Origin: Spirogloea muscicola
Taxonomy: Eukaryota
DNA length: 63,193 bases
NCBI GenBank assembly: GCA_009602725.1
Contig: WELB01000001.1
Location: forward strand, 935,453-998,645
Reading direction: 5' to 3'
Positions 52,041-63,193 of the stretch are shown one piece after another (position 1 is the first letter of the stretch; the number at the start of each line of letters is the position of its first letter). The translations under genes and the position numbers were made by a program. The notes under the pieces are model-generated. The model was not told where the DNA came from. It searched no databases and saw only the letters and a list, made by a program, of their open reading frames with translations.

Positions 52041-53539
52041 CAGAGGGGCGCTTCCCCTGGCCCCCTTCTCGTACTTTGTTCATTCTTTTCTGGGCTGGCT
52101 TTTCCAGCCCCTATCCTCAATGGACGAGCCCTTTCTTCTTCTTCTATCAGAAGCTTGGGCGAGGTCTGAGAATGGCGTGAGTGGGGGTTGTAGAGAGGGG
52201 GAAAAAAAGGAAAAAACTTGCTCTCCCAAATGGGGGCAAGGGCTGTGAAAAGCCAGCCCGAAAAGAATCGACAGAGGTTCCAAGGGGCCACAATGAATTT
52301 CTTTTACAGCCGCTCTTTCAATTTTAGAGGGAAGAGAGCCGATTGTTGATTCGCGGATGTTCCTCAGATCCGCTTGGAAGCGGAAGCAAGCGCGGCCAGA
52401 TTGACTGGTGGCTGGGAGAGGCCAGCCCAAAAGGAATGGACAAGGACAGAAGAATCCTGGGTGCGAGACAAGAAGAAAGGGCTCGCCCATAGAGAAGAGG
52501 GGCTGGCAAAGCCAGCCCAAAAAAAGAATGGACAATGGCCAAAGACAGCAGCAAGGGGACTCAGTAACCTCTAGTCAGAAGATGCAAGTCGGAATAGCTA
52601 GACGGCGGACAGACGTCGCCCTGACGGTAGCCGGAGGCCGCAGCCAAAGGCGGCCGGCGCTCAGGTAAACCGCGAAGGCACGGGACTGCTGCAAAGAGAT
52701 AGCCAAACGCATCCGATAGACCTGAGCGAGGGACCCGGCCATTGAGGATAGGGGCTGGACAAGCCAGCCCAAAAAAGAGAGAGAAGGCGCGCGGGGCGCA
52801 TGAATTGAAAGGGAGGCCAATTCAAGCCAATACATTGTTCAGGCAGAGTCGAGTGCAGACTAAAAAGACTGAACAAAGAACGAGAAGGGGGCCAGAGGAA
52901 GTGCTCGCCCATTGAGAATAGGGGCTGGAACAACCAGCCCGAAAAAGAATGAACAGAGTACGAGAAGGGGGCCAGGGGAAGCGCTAAGTAACAGAAACAA
53001 AGCTGCTACGAGACACTCAGTAACCCCTGCCAGAGGAAGCCAGAGCAGCCCGGCCACGTTAAAGCCAGGCTGCTCACCCTGTTGCCCGTGGCGGCGGGCC
53101 GCTGCGCGCCGCGCAAGGCGGTGAAGCAGGTCCAGCCACTTGGTGCCAAAAGGCGCCGTGGACGTCGACAGCCAGTGCGACAAATTGGAGAAGGGCTCGC
53201 CCATTGAGGATAGGGGCTGGAAAAGCCAGCCCAAAAATGAATGAACAAAGTACGAGAAGGGGGGCCAGAGGAAGCGCTAAGAAAACAAAGCACACAAAGA
53301 AAGAAAGCAAATTCGTCGCCCACCGGGTGGTCGGAGTATTTCCGTTCCTTTGCGCCACAAGGAACCTTCCTCCACATTGCGTACAGGGTCGTGGAGGCAA
53401 GGGAAGCGCATGGGAAGCAGAGAGGCGGTCTGGTGCCAGCAGCCCAGGAAGGCAGCTTGCGCCGAAAAGAGGGGCTAGCAAAGCCAGCCCAGAAAAGAAT
53501 GAACAATATCCAAAGGCCACAAAAGAGGTGCCAAAAGAG

Positions 53540-53541
<2 letters not shown>

Positions 53542-53611
<70 letters not shown>
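53542..53611. repeat. (AG)n microsatellite upstream of CAS
   Basis: Direct reading. Confidence 0.95.
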
Positions 53612-53612
<1 letters not shown>

Positions 53613-53807
53613 GGGGGCGAGAGGAGCAAGTGTGTGCCCAACAGAGTGAGAGATAGGGGCCGGACAGAGCAGCCTGGGGAGCACGAGCTGCAGCAGCGGC
53701 AGCAGGCGGCGGCAGCTTGGGCAGGGGCAGACCTGTGTCTCGCAGCGGCCCCCCTGTCTGCCGAGCTTACAGCGAAGCTGAGCACCCCGCCTCCGTCGCC
53801 ACTCCGC

Positions 53808-56800
53808 ATGTGGGCCCTGCGCGTGGCGAGCGGCGGGCCGGACCTCGTCTCGCTCAACGGCCATGCGGGGCGCCAGGTATGGGAGTACGACCCCGCCGGA
53901 GGGACGGCCGAGGAGCGCGCTGCGGTGGAGGCCGCGCGCGCCGCCTTCGTCGAAGGCCGTGAAGCCGGGCGCCACCACAGCTCCGACGAGCTCCTCCGCC
54001 TGCAGGTCTGGTCGCCGGCCTCGTCGGCGACCACCGCCGCCGCCGTCCCTGGTGACTCCGGGCCTTACGCCGGATCCGCCATTGAGCCGAAGCATTGCAG
54101 AGCCGCCGGGGGAAGCCGCCGATGCCGATGGCGCCGCCGCTGCCGGCGACCGAGGAGGGTGAGGTGGCGAGTGCCGAGGCCGCCAGCGACGTGGACGCGA
54201 CGCTGCGCCGCGCCGTGGGCGCGTTCACGGAGCTGCAGGTCGACGACGGCCATTGGCCGGGCGACTACGGCGGCCCCATGTTCCTCATGCCCGGCCTGGT
54301 CGGCAGCCGAGACCCCATCTCCTCCCTCCCTCCTCCCGCCCTCCGTCCGTGCCCAACGCCTGACTTGCCAAAACCCTGCCTGTGAACACTTGCCCGCTTC
54401 TCGGCTCAAGGCCCTGCTGAAACCCCGGCTCTTGCCTTGTCGGCGGCGGCGGCGGTGGCGGCCAGATCATCGCGTGCCACGTCACGGGCTCCATGGACGC
54501 CGTGCTCTCGCCGGAGCACCGCGCCGAGATGCGGCGCTACCTCCTCAACCACCAGGTCTGCCACACGCAGCCGCCCGCACCACTCTCCTCCCTCCACATA
54601 ATCTATGTCAGCGCCTGGGGCTCACGATTGCCTCGCGCAGTCGCTGCCGCCTCGCAGAACGCGGACGGCGGCTGGGGCCTGCACATCGAGGGCGGCAGCA
54701 CCATGTTCGGGTCAGCGCTGAGCTACGTTGCGCTGCGGCTGCTGGGCGCGGCGGCCGGCGACCCACAGCTCCGGGCCGGCCGCGCCTGGATCCTCAGCCA
54801 CGGCTCCGCCACGCACGTCACCTCGTGGGGCAAGTTCTGGCTCTCGGTGCGGGCCCCCCACCCCTCCCTCCCTCCCTCCCTCTTCTCCTCTCCCCCTCCG
54901 CTGCTCTTACCTCCCTCCTCCATGGCAGCGGCTGATCGCCGCCAACGTGGCGCTCAACGCCAGGTCCTTGGAGTCTACGACTGGGCTGGCAACAATCCGC
55001 TGCCACCGGAGATGTGGCTACTTCCTTACGCACTGCCCGTGCACCCAGGTTGACCTCCCTCTCTCTGACCTCCTCTCTCCTCCCCCCCCCCTCCTCCACT
55101 CTCATACCTCGGCACTTGCAAGCTCAAAGCTGTGCCCCCCTGTCCTACCCTCGACGAGCCGTCTTGCACTCTGCTGGTCTTAACAGCCGCCCATCAATTA
55201 TCAGCAACAGCTTCTCTGCTCTCCCTCCCTCCTCCAGGCCGCTTCTGGTGCCACTGCCGCATGGTGTACCTGCCCATGTCGTACCTGTACGGGCGGCGAG
55301 CCGTCGGGCCGGTCACGGCCCTCATCCAGGAGCTGCGCGAGGAGCTCTACGCCACACCGTACGCCGCCGTGGACTGGGGCCGAGCCCGCAACGCCTGCGC
55401 CAAGGCACGGCCTGCACCTAAGCCCCTTACACCCCCCTCCTCTCCCGCTCTCTCCCTCCTCCGCCCCCTCCCTCCCATCTATTGGCATCAATAAATCCTT
55501 CAGTCTTACATTTCTCCATCCGCACCCTCTCCCTCCCTCCTCCCGCCACGCCTTGCCTCCCTCCCATTCTAGGAGGACCTCTACTACCCCCACCCCTGGC
55601 TCCAGGACGTGCTGTGGTGGGCGCTGCACACGGTTGCCGAGCCGCTGCTGCTGGGCAAGCTCGGGCGGGGGCTGCGGAGCGCCGCGCTGGCGACCGCCAT
55701 GCGTCATGTGCACTACGAGGACGAGAACACGCTCTACATCTGCATCGGCCCTGTGAACAAGGCACGCCGGCTTTCCCTCCTTCCTCGTCTCGCTTCCTCC
55801 CTCTTTCCGTCCATCCGCACGCTGAGGAGGGAGGGCAGGTCTTGGCCTGCTGAATGGTGGCGCCGCCGGCGGCCGCAGGTTCTGAACATGCTGGCGTGCT
55901 GGTTCGAGGACCCACGTTCGGCGGCCTTCAAGAGCCACCTCCCCCGCCTGCACGACTACCTCTGGCTCGCAGAGGATGGCATGAAGATGCAAGTGCGCAT
56001 CAAAGCCAACCCCCTCTCCACTCTCCTCCTTCCCTCCTCGTTCTCTTTCATCCACTACCACTTTCACTTATGCATGGATATCTAGGATATCTAATTGCAC
56101 ACCATTTCTAGGCATTCATAGAAAATTCTCGCCATTTCTAGGCATTACTATAAAATTACTGCCTGATGCTTTGTCATGTGGAGGGCTCACCTTGCTCAGC
56201 GTGCAATGAGGCGTGCAACCTCACACCGCTTGACCGGCTGGGTGCGTGCCGGCAGGGATACAATGGAAGTCAGCTGTGGGACACAGCGTTCGGCGTGCAG
56301 GCGCTGGTGGCCACAGGCCTCGTGCGCGAGGCTGCGCCCGCGCTTCACTCGGCGCACGACTACATTGCCGACACGCAGGTCCGTGTGCCCGTGCACGCCC
56401 CGCCCACCAGTTCAGAATGTAGACAAAGGGTTGTGGCTATACAGCAGTGCAGAGCTTGCGTGATCCTTCAACTTCGACTTGGACTTGGATTCTGAGGCTT
56501 TCGCGTGGCCGGCGCCTCAGGTGCTGGACGACTGCCCGGGCGACCTCGGGGCGTGGTACCGCCATATCAGCAAGGGCGCATGGCCGTTCTCAACGCGGGA
56601 CCACGGGTGGCCCATCTCAGACTGCTCAGCCGAGGGCCTCAAGGTGACGTCTGTCCTCCTTGCCTCCCTCTCTTTGTCCTCTGCTTTCCTCCCTCCCTCT
56701 GAACTCTCTGGATTCCCACAAAGTGCCTGCATGACTTCAAGCACCGCGTTACCTACTGTGCCATGAGATGGTGGAAGACGCTTACACCTTGACTACATTG

Positions 56801-59019
56801 ATAGCCTGACAGGCGGCGCTTATCCTCGCGGACCTCCCGGAGGGCCTGGTTGGGCCGCCTATCGCCAGCGAGCGGCTCGAAGACTGCGTCAATGTCATCA
56901 TGTCATACCAGGTAGCTCTGTCTGGACACTTTGGCCGACATGACGGTTCACTAATTGGAGTAAGAGTCATCTACAGCATCAAGCCTGGCGGTCCATCTTA
57001 TCATCTTGAGCTTGTTGGGTATGGCCACAGAATGCAGATGGCGGCATGGCCACATATGAAAACACACGGTCCTTTGCCTGGCTTGAGGTTGGCCCAGCAC
57101 GCCGCACTCTCTAGTTTCCGATTTCTCTTCTGCTCGGGTTTAGCACAAAGCCTTGGGTGAGGCATACCAAATTTAGTTAGAAGGCATGGCTGAGAGGAGA
57201 GGGCCAGCGAGGTGATGCAGGAGAGAGGGAGAGGTATGCAGGATTATGCTTCAAATATGGGGGTAGCATCATGCTGCATGCGATCTCATGCAATCTCTTG
57301 CCGTGCTGCGCGGCTCGACTTGATACCGCTGGAACTGTTTGCAAGAGGCAGGACCGCCACTGCTTGTGTCGAATGCAATCTTTCCGCGTGAGACCTTCCT
57401 GCATGCGGCTCGCTGATGACTGGCACTGCTCGTCTTGCGTGCCGACTCCGTGTAGCTGATCAACCCCGCGGAGACGTTCGGCGACATTGTGATTGATTAC
57501 TCGCGAGTTGACCACGGCCATCACAAGAGGCGCCAGATAGCATCTCTGCAGCCACACTGTCATGTGTGCCACGACTGAGAGAGTGTTGCGTTTTTGGGAT
57601 TGAACTCTGCGCTTAAAGGTACGTCGAGTGCACCTCGGCATGCGTCCAAGCGCTGGCGGCATTCGCCAAGCGGCACCCGCACCACCGTGCACGGGAGGTC
57701 GCTTCTGCCATCCAGCGGGCTCGATGGTACATCGAGACCACGCAGCGGCCTGATGGCTCCTGGTGAGACGTCTGCTTCGACGTGACCACCGCCACTTCCA
57801 GAAGAGTATACTGCTTGACCAACCCAGCGGTGCTGCCCTTCTCTGCCTGTAGGCATGTCAAGCTGCAGCTGTCCTGGTCGCGTGACCGGGCAAGGTCTTA
57901 CATCACCAGATACCATGTGTTCTTAACAAGCGCAGGTATGGGTCGTGGGGCGTCTGCTTTACCTATGCGACGTGGTTCGGCGTACTGGGCCTCGTGGCGG
58001 CCGGCGACTCGTATGCCTCCTCGGATACCTTGCGGCGTGCCTGCGCCTTCCTGCTATGCAAGCAGCTGCCAAATGGCGGGTGGGGCGAGAGCTACCTCTC
58101 CTGCCAAAACAAGGTGCAGTGTGAAAGTGCTGGGGTTCTTCCATGACCGTCGGTTTGCGGCTTTGGCGGCCAAAAACAAGTCGTAATATGGTTTTGATCT
58201 TGTTAATACTTGCGGTCACAATGCCCAATGCTTCGGACCTTGACATCGTCGCACCACTGCTGGAGAAGTGAGAGCCACTGTTGCCTGCCGCGTCCATATT
58301 CCGCATCTGCCGCATCGAATTATGTTGAGTAGTGCAGCTGAGGGACTTTTCTCCCTACGGGATTCCTGTGTGCGCCGGCGCAAACTGCAGGTGTACACAA
58401 ACTTGGAGGAGGGCAAGGCCCACATTGTGAACACTTCTTGGGCGCTCCTGTCGCTCATCACAGCTGGCCAGGTTGGCTGTGCTGCTTTGTTCGAGCGGCG
58501 ACATCGGCTACCCATTTCGTAGTCTTTGAGTCACTGTTGCTTGGCTAACCGGCAGACTGTCAAGTACAAGGGGGAGCTGCTTGATCACTGACTTGTATAA
58601 GCCCATGGCTATATTTGCGCGCCTTACTGGACCAGGAAAACTGCTTACCTGCAAGCATGCAGGCCGAGCGAGACCCCAAGCCCCTGCACGCTGCAGCGCG
58701 CTACCTCCTGAAAGCGCAGCTCCCCAACGGCGACTACCCCCAGGAGGTGATACAACCTGACACCTGCCAGATATATTATACACCCTGCTTTCTCTGCAGC
58801 ATTGAAATAGCACTTGACTCAGCAGCCAGAAGATGGCCCGACATGCTGGCAACAAAGGATGACACAAGATGCGCTCGTCTTCCGCCCGTCTTGCAGAGCA
58901 TCATGGGCGTGTTCAACCGCAACTGCATGATCTCGTACTCGGCATACCGAAACATCTTTCCCATCTGGGCACTCGGAAGCTATCGCACCGACGTCCTCCG
59001 AGGGGAGATGAATCTTTGA
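53808..59019 (+). CDS. CAS1: Cycloartenol synthase (2,3-oxidosqualene cyclase)
   Basis: MWALRVA...[98 protein letters not shown]. Confidence 0.96.
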
Positions 59020-60996
59020 CTTTGCAGTGATGAAGTCAGCGCATTGTAGCAGTTGATGGGCTGTGAGCAGAAGAGCAGACTAGGAAGGTTGAGCAACATG
59101 AAATTTTGCAGACTTGCTGGCACCTGTATGCCATCATGCTACTCCTTCAAGTTGCTATCCCCTACAGTGCTGCTCCTTGAAAGGAACGTGTTCTGGGAGT
59201 TGCTTGGCTATCACCCCAATGATCAGACTCACATCGGACTTGTCTACTAGCACAATTGACAGAAAGACAAGCCCACCTCCAACATGACACATATTGGCGT
59301 CCACTCATGCCCTGCCGTCGACTTTCTGAATCATTCCTTAAATACTCACTGCCTCTGGAAGAGCTCCTCACTCCTGGCAATAATTTTTGTAGCTTTGAAG
59401 CCTATGTCACTTCAAAACTATGTAACGTCCTATACCACTTGTAACTTTTCATCCACCCACTGTGATACAGGGTTGATGAAGTGGTGGGCGTCCAGGATAT
59501 CCTTTTTGAAAGCTAGGACCACCAAACCCATGTGAATCAGGTGTACTCAATATCCTCTGGTTTCAGATTTTGATACTATATCTGATATCTCTTCGGCAAG
59601 GGCATCTACCACACCTGCTTGTCTTGTACACGAGCAATGACTTTCGGGCCTCACTTAAATACTGGCTGTTGAGGTCATTTATCTTCGAAGAACGCAACAG
59701 ATGTGTCACGTATGCGCAGTCGATCCCTACAGAAGAACCCGTGGGACACAGAAGTGACTGAAGCAGGTTAACAAGTGCGCCTGGGCGAGTACAAGATGGG
59801 CAAGAAGTCCCATTGTCAGCTCAGTATCTCGCAGCCAAGTTATTACCACAAGGGCAAGTCACTGCTTGTTGGATGAAGGTAACGCTTGCAGCTCAACGCA
59901 ATCCCCAGGAGCACAGCACGAGAAGCAACTTTGTGGCATGGACTCCTTCGAGGAGATTTCAGATTGCACCACGTTGAGAGAAGCAGCACTGCACCACAAC
60001 CAAGACTGGCACGTACAAACATTTGGCACAGAACCCCTCAGGGGATTGACAAGGTCCCAGATATCTGCACCAAATTTGTGCGTGCGTACATTTGAAACAG
60101 CCCAAGGCGGCTAAAAGGAATAAAGTTATTGAGAGACCGCTGGCTGAACAACTTAAATTTCCTGGTGGATGGGGGCACCAAGGTGGCTGCCATGTTGTGC
60201 CGTGATAGACAAGGAGCTCTTGTAAGTAGGCCCCTTCTATGGCAGGAAGTGCCAGTACAAAGGAGGCCTGCAGGGGGCCACTGTTTCAGGCTAGGGTGAT
60301 ACACAAGGTGCACTAGGCCGTGCATGGACAACGTGATGCGCGTGAACTGGACATGGATGCCAAATCCCAAAAACCGTGAGCAGGACTTATGCTGAGGAGC
60401 AGATATTTGGTGGATGCGAGTGGCAAAGGGGCTGGCCGAGGGAGCTCGGAGAGGGTCGCCAAGCGAGTGGCGGCCCCCGGCGAGCGCCCCCGGCAGCAAG
60501 TTGGGGGCTTGGAGGCGCTTATTGCTGCTCTAGAGTGCTCACGGCACTGACCACGGTTGGGGCAGCGGCAAGTGCGAGATGGGGTCTAGCATCCATGCGT
60601 TTCACGTCCACACTGGCCGGCAAGGAGAAGAGGAGCGAGGAGGGTAGGGGAGGGGTGATAGGAAGGCGAGGAAGGCAGGCGAGCAGCCAGCAGCTGCCTG
60701 CCTGCGCAGCAGCGGGGTGCAAAGCCCTTGCGGACCCGCAGCTTGCGGCTCTGGCCTCGGCTCCGGCAGGCGTGCACAGCACCTGCGGGCGGGCTGAGCT
60801 GTCTCGAGCACGGCCCCAGGCTGGCCACTGATCCAAGTAGCATGGTATCGCAGGAACGTCTCCATCCAACCGGCCGGACCGTGTAGTCAGTGTTGGGTAA
60901 ACCTGGGGGTGTGGGGCTGCGACATGTGACAGCTGCCTGGCGGCCAGGAGGGATCGCCGCCAGCACCAGAGTGGGCTGCCAGCGGCATGCACACGC

Positions 60997-62910
60997 TCAC
61001 AGGCTGAGCTGGCTGAGGACCTGCCGGGTGGCAGCCTCACCCTGCGTTGTGGACGCGCGCTCCTCCTCCTCCTCCTCGACCAGGCGCGGAGGCGTGGCGT
61101 GCACGGGCACCATGGTGCGCAGCCGCACAGGCCCAGCAATGGCCGCTGCAGAGTGGTGGTGATGCATCATGCCCTGCTGCGCCATGCTGACGGCGGCCAT
61201 CTGGGCCGACGCCGACCCCGCTGGCAGGTAGGCTGGCGGCTGGCCCCACCACTGCTGCGCCGCAGCCGCCGCTGCCATGTTGGACTGCCACACCATGCTG
61301 GGCGGCATCGACATGTCGGCAGCCATCGCTTCCATCTGGAGGGCCTCGCCCTGGAGCCACGCCTCCTCGTCCGCCTCATGATCCGACTGCACGACGGAGA
61401 CCTCCCGGCGCACTGTCGTGACGACAGAGGCCTTCATCCCAGGCCCAAGCGGCACACCCGCAGGCCGACCAGAAGACCGGGGGGTGCCATGCGGTGGAGG
61501 CGCTGGCGCAAACTGCGGCCGCACCATAGGCTGGTATGAAGCGCCGGGCTTGACCTTCAGACTCGTATGCCGCGGCGTGTACAGGGGAGCATTCGGTGCC
61601 GGGAGGGCTGCCATCTGCGCGACCTTCATGACCGGCGCCATGTGCAAAGAGGATGCCGACGGCGCCTCGATGACGCGAGGAGTATAAGATCGCGGCCGGT
61701 AGAGGGGCCCACCCGTGGGCAATGCACCAAGATGCTCCAGCTCGAGCGGCCGGGCCATGACCGCCGGCGCCGAGTGCCGCGAAGGGCCAGCATAGACATG
61801 CTGCGCAGCAATGGCAGCGGCCTCCTTGACGTCCTTGGCACTGGCAAGAGCCTGCGACACCATATTCTGTTCCTGCTCCTCTGTAAGCTCAGCCTCAAGG
61901 TTGGCTGCGGCATGTCCTTTATTGGCATCTGCGTAAGAGAAGCCAGAAGTAAGAGCAGCAGCACATGAGTACATGCTGCTCCTGGTGCAAGGAGCACCAG
62001 CCACAGATCGAGCTATGTGATGCATACTAGTGAGGCCAGAAAAGCCCTAACGACTATGACAACTTGGCAACATCATCAATGGGTGTGACGACTATGCCAT
62101 CTCTATGATGTGCATCAGAGAAGACTCACAAACGCTGCAGAATATTTACATGCCACAATATTATAAGCATGTCCTATGAAGGTCATGTAGCGCGTGCAAA
62201 TCAAGCAGAAAAGTCCTTCTTTAGCGGCCCCGGGACAGACATTGCCCAGGAAAGCAGCAGGTGGTGCTTGCTCTGTGCAAGTCGCAAGAGCGGGGTGGCA
62301 GGGCAAAGAGCACGCACATTTCTTCAGAGCAGACCAGGCGGCCATGGCGGCATTCTTCTCGGCCTGCTTCTTGGTCTTGGCAGTCTCGCCCCAGAAGCTC
62401 ATGCCCGCAACCTCTACGCGGCACGTGAAGGACGGCAGGTGGCCAGGGCCCGAGCGCTCGGTGGTGTAGACGGGCAGCGAGACGCCGGCACGCTGGGCCG
62501 TCTCTTGCAGCAGGTTCTTGCACACGCCGGTCTCGTCTAGAATCCGCGCCGCGAGCGACTGCGCAGGGCCACGGGTGGACAGGGTGCTGCACACGCAAGG
62601 GGGGCCAGACGGTCAGATCGCATGATAGGACTGAGGCAGATCACATAGATAGACTGGGCTGCAGCGCACCGCCGCAGCGGTCGTCGCAGCAGCGGCCGAC
62701 GCAGGTCTCGCACCTGAGGGCCACTTCGGCGGCGGCGTGCTCCGCCTGCCGCAGCGTGCCGCAGTACCCGGGGCTCTCGAACACCTCGCCATTGAACGTC
62801 ACCGACGCCTTGAAGCGCGGCGCGTGGTCGGGCCCCTCGCGCACGCAGGCGTAGGCCGGGAGGTTGAAGCAGCTGCGCTGCGCGAGCTCCTGCAACTGAT
62901 TCTTGTACAT
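60997..62910 (-). CDS. DRB2: Double-stranded RNA-binding protein, DRB2/3/5 clade
   Basis: Two dsRBMs (MYKNQLQELAQRSCFNLPAY...QAEHAAAEVAL; CKNLLQETAQRAGVSLPVYTT...KKQAEKNAAMAAW), then EQEQ motif and long low-complexity tail. Confidence 0.92.
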
Positions 62911-63069
62911 CCCGGCGGTCGGGGGGGCTTCCGGCGGCCGCGGTTGGCGGCCGGGGCTGGCGAGCGAGCGGGACGGCCGAGGCGTGTGCGCCGCGAGGAG
63001 GAGCCTTAGCCGAGGCGGCGCGGCGGCATGGGAGGTCGGGCCTTCGCCGGCGGCGGCGGCGGCGACGGT

Positions 63070-63193
<124 letters not shown>

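Larger units (their letters stand above)
50280..53520. mobile_element. Pile 3 of truncated RLE non-LTR retrotransposon copies, mostly minus strand
   Basis: Repeated RLE C-terminal fragments (50310-50400, 52555-52740, 53010-53180, 53310-53460) and at least seven hairpin termini between 52080 and 53505. Confidence 0.85.

Noticed and set aside
52080..52140. Hairpin motif as an HDV-like or hammerhead ribozyme
   Set aside because: I could not build the nested double pseudoknot or find the CUGANGA/GAAA cores; the motif lies at the element 3' end
52080..53505. Recurrent palindromic repeat with variable spacing resembling a CRISPR array
   Set aside because: Eukaryotic context, irregular spacing, both orientations, spacers are retroelement fragments, and no cas genes
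53241..54935. 564-aa ORF apparently fusing repeat sequence to CAS
   Set aside because: Chance open frame through a retroelement remnant, (AG)n and GC-rich introns; CAS begins at the canonical MW at 53808
35896..59019. Triterpene glycoside gene cluster (CAS plus RHM)
   Set aside because: Separated by unrelated housekeeping genes, with no P450 or glycosyltransferase; both are primary-metabolism genes

Overview
Intron-rich, gene-dense eukaryotic nuclear DNA with land-plant-like proteins, short introns and very GC/CCG-rich gene 5' ends. It is most likely from a streptophyte (charophyte-grade) green alga; this is inference. About 15 spliced genes can be read: sphingosine-1-phosphate lyase, an RRM protein, a HAD hydrolase, a NAK-family kinase, a CA1Pase-like histidine phosphatase, DEAD-box RH1/DDX51, complex I B8 subunit, katanin p80, a zinc-ribbon gene with in-frame TGA codons, UDP-rhamnose synthase RHM, a conserved unknown protein, NAD-IDH regulatory subunit, cullin-3, cycloartenol synthase and a DRB2-like dsRNA-binding protein. 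Two things stand out. (1) Dense piles of 5'-truncated non-LTR retrotransposon 3' ends, of the restriction-like-endonuclease (RLE) type, sit next to gene 5' ends. They come from several subfamilies that share an R-G-Y/H-stop end and a GGGCTGG...CAGCCC 3' stem-loop, and in two piles they are arranged back-to-back. (2) In the zinc-ribbon gene a TGA occupies the first Cys position of a CxxC, so it is either a selenoprotein candidate or a pseudogene. Three N gaps, four single n bases and two poly-T runs are assembly artefacts that hide several start codons. CDS coordinates are gene spans that include introns, and family assignments come from recalled motifs, not database searches.
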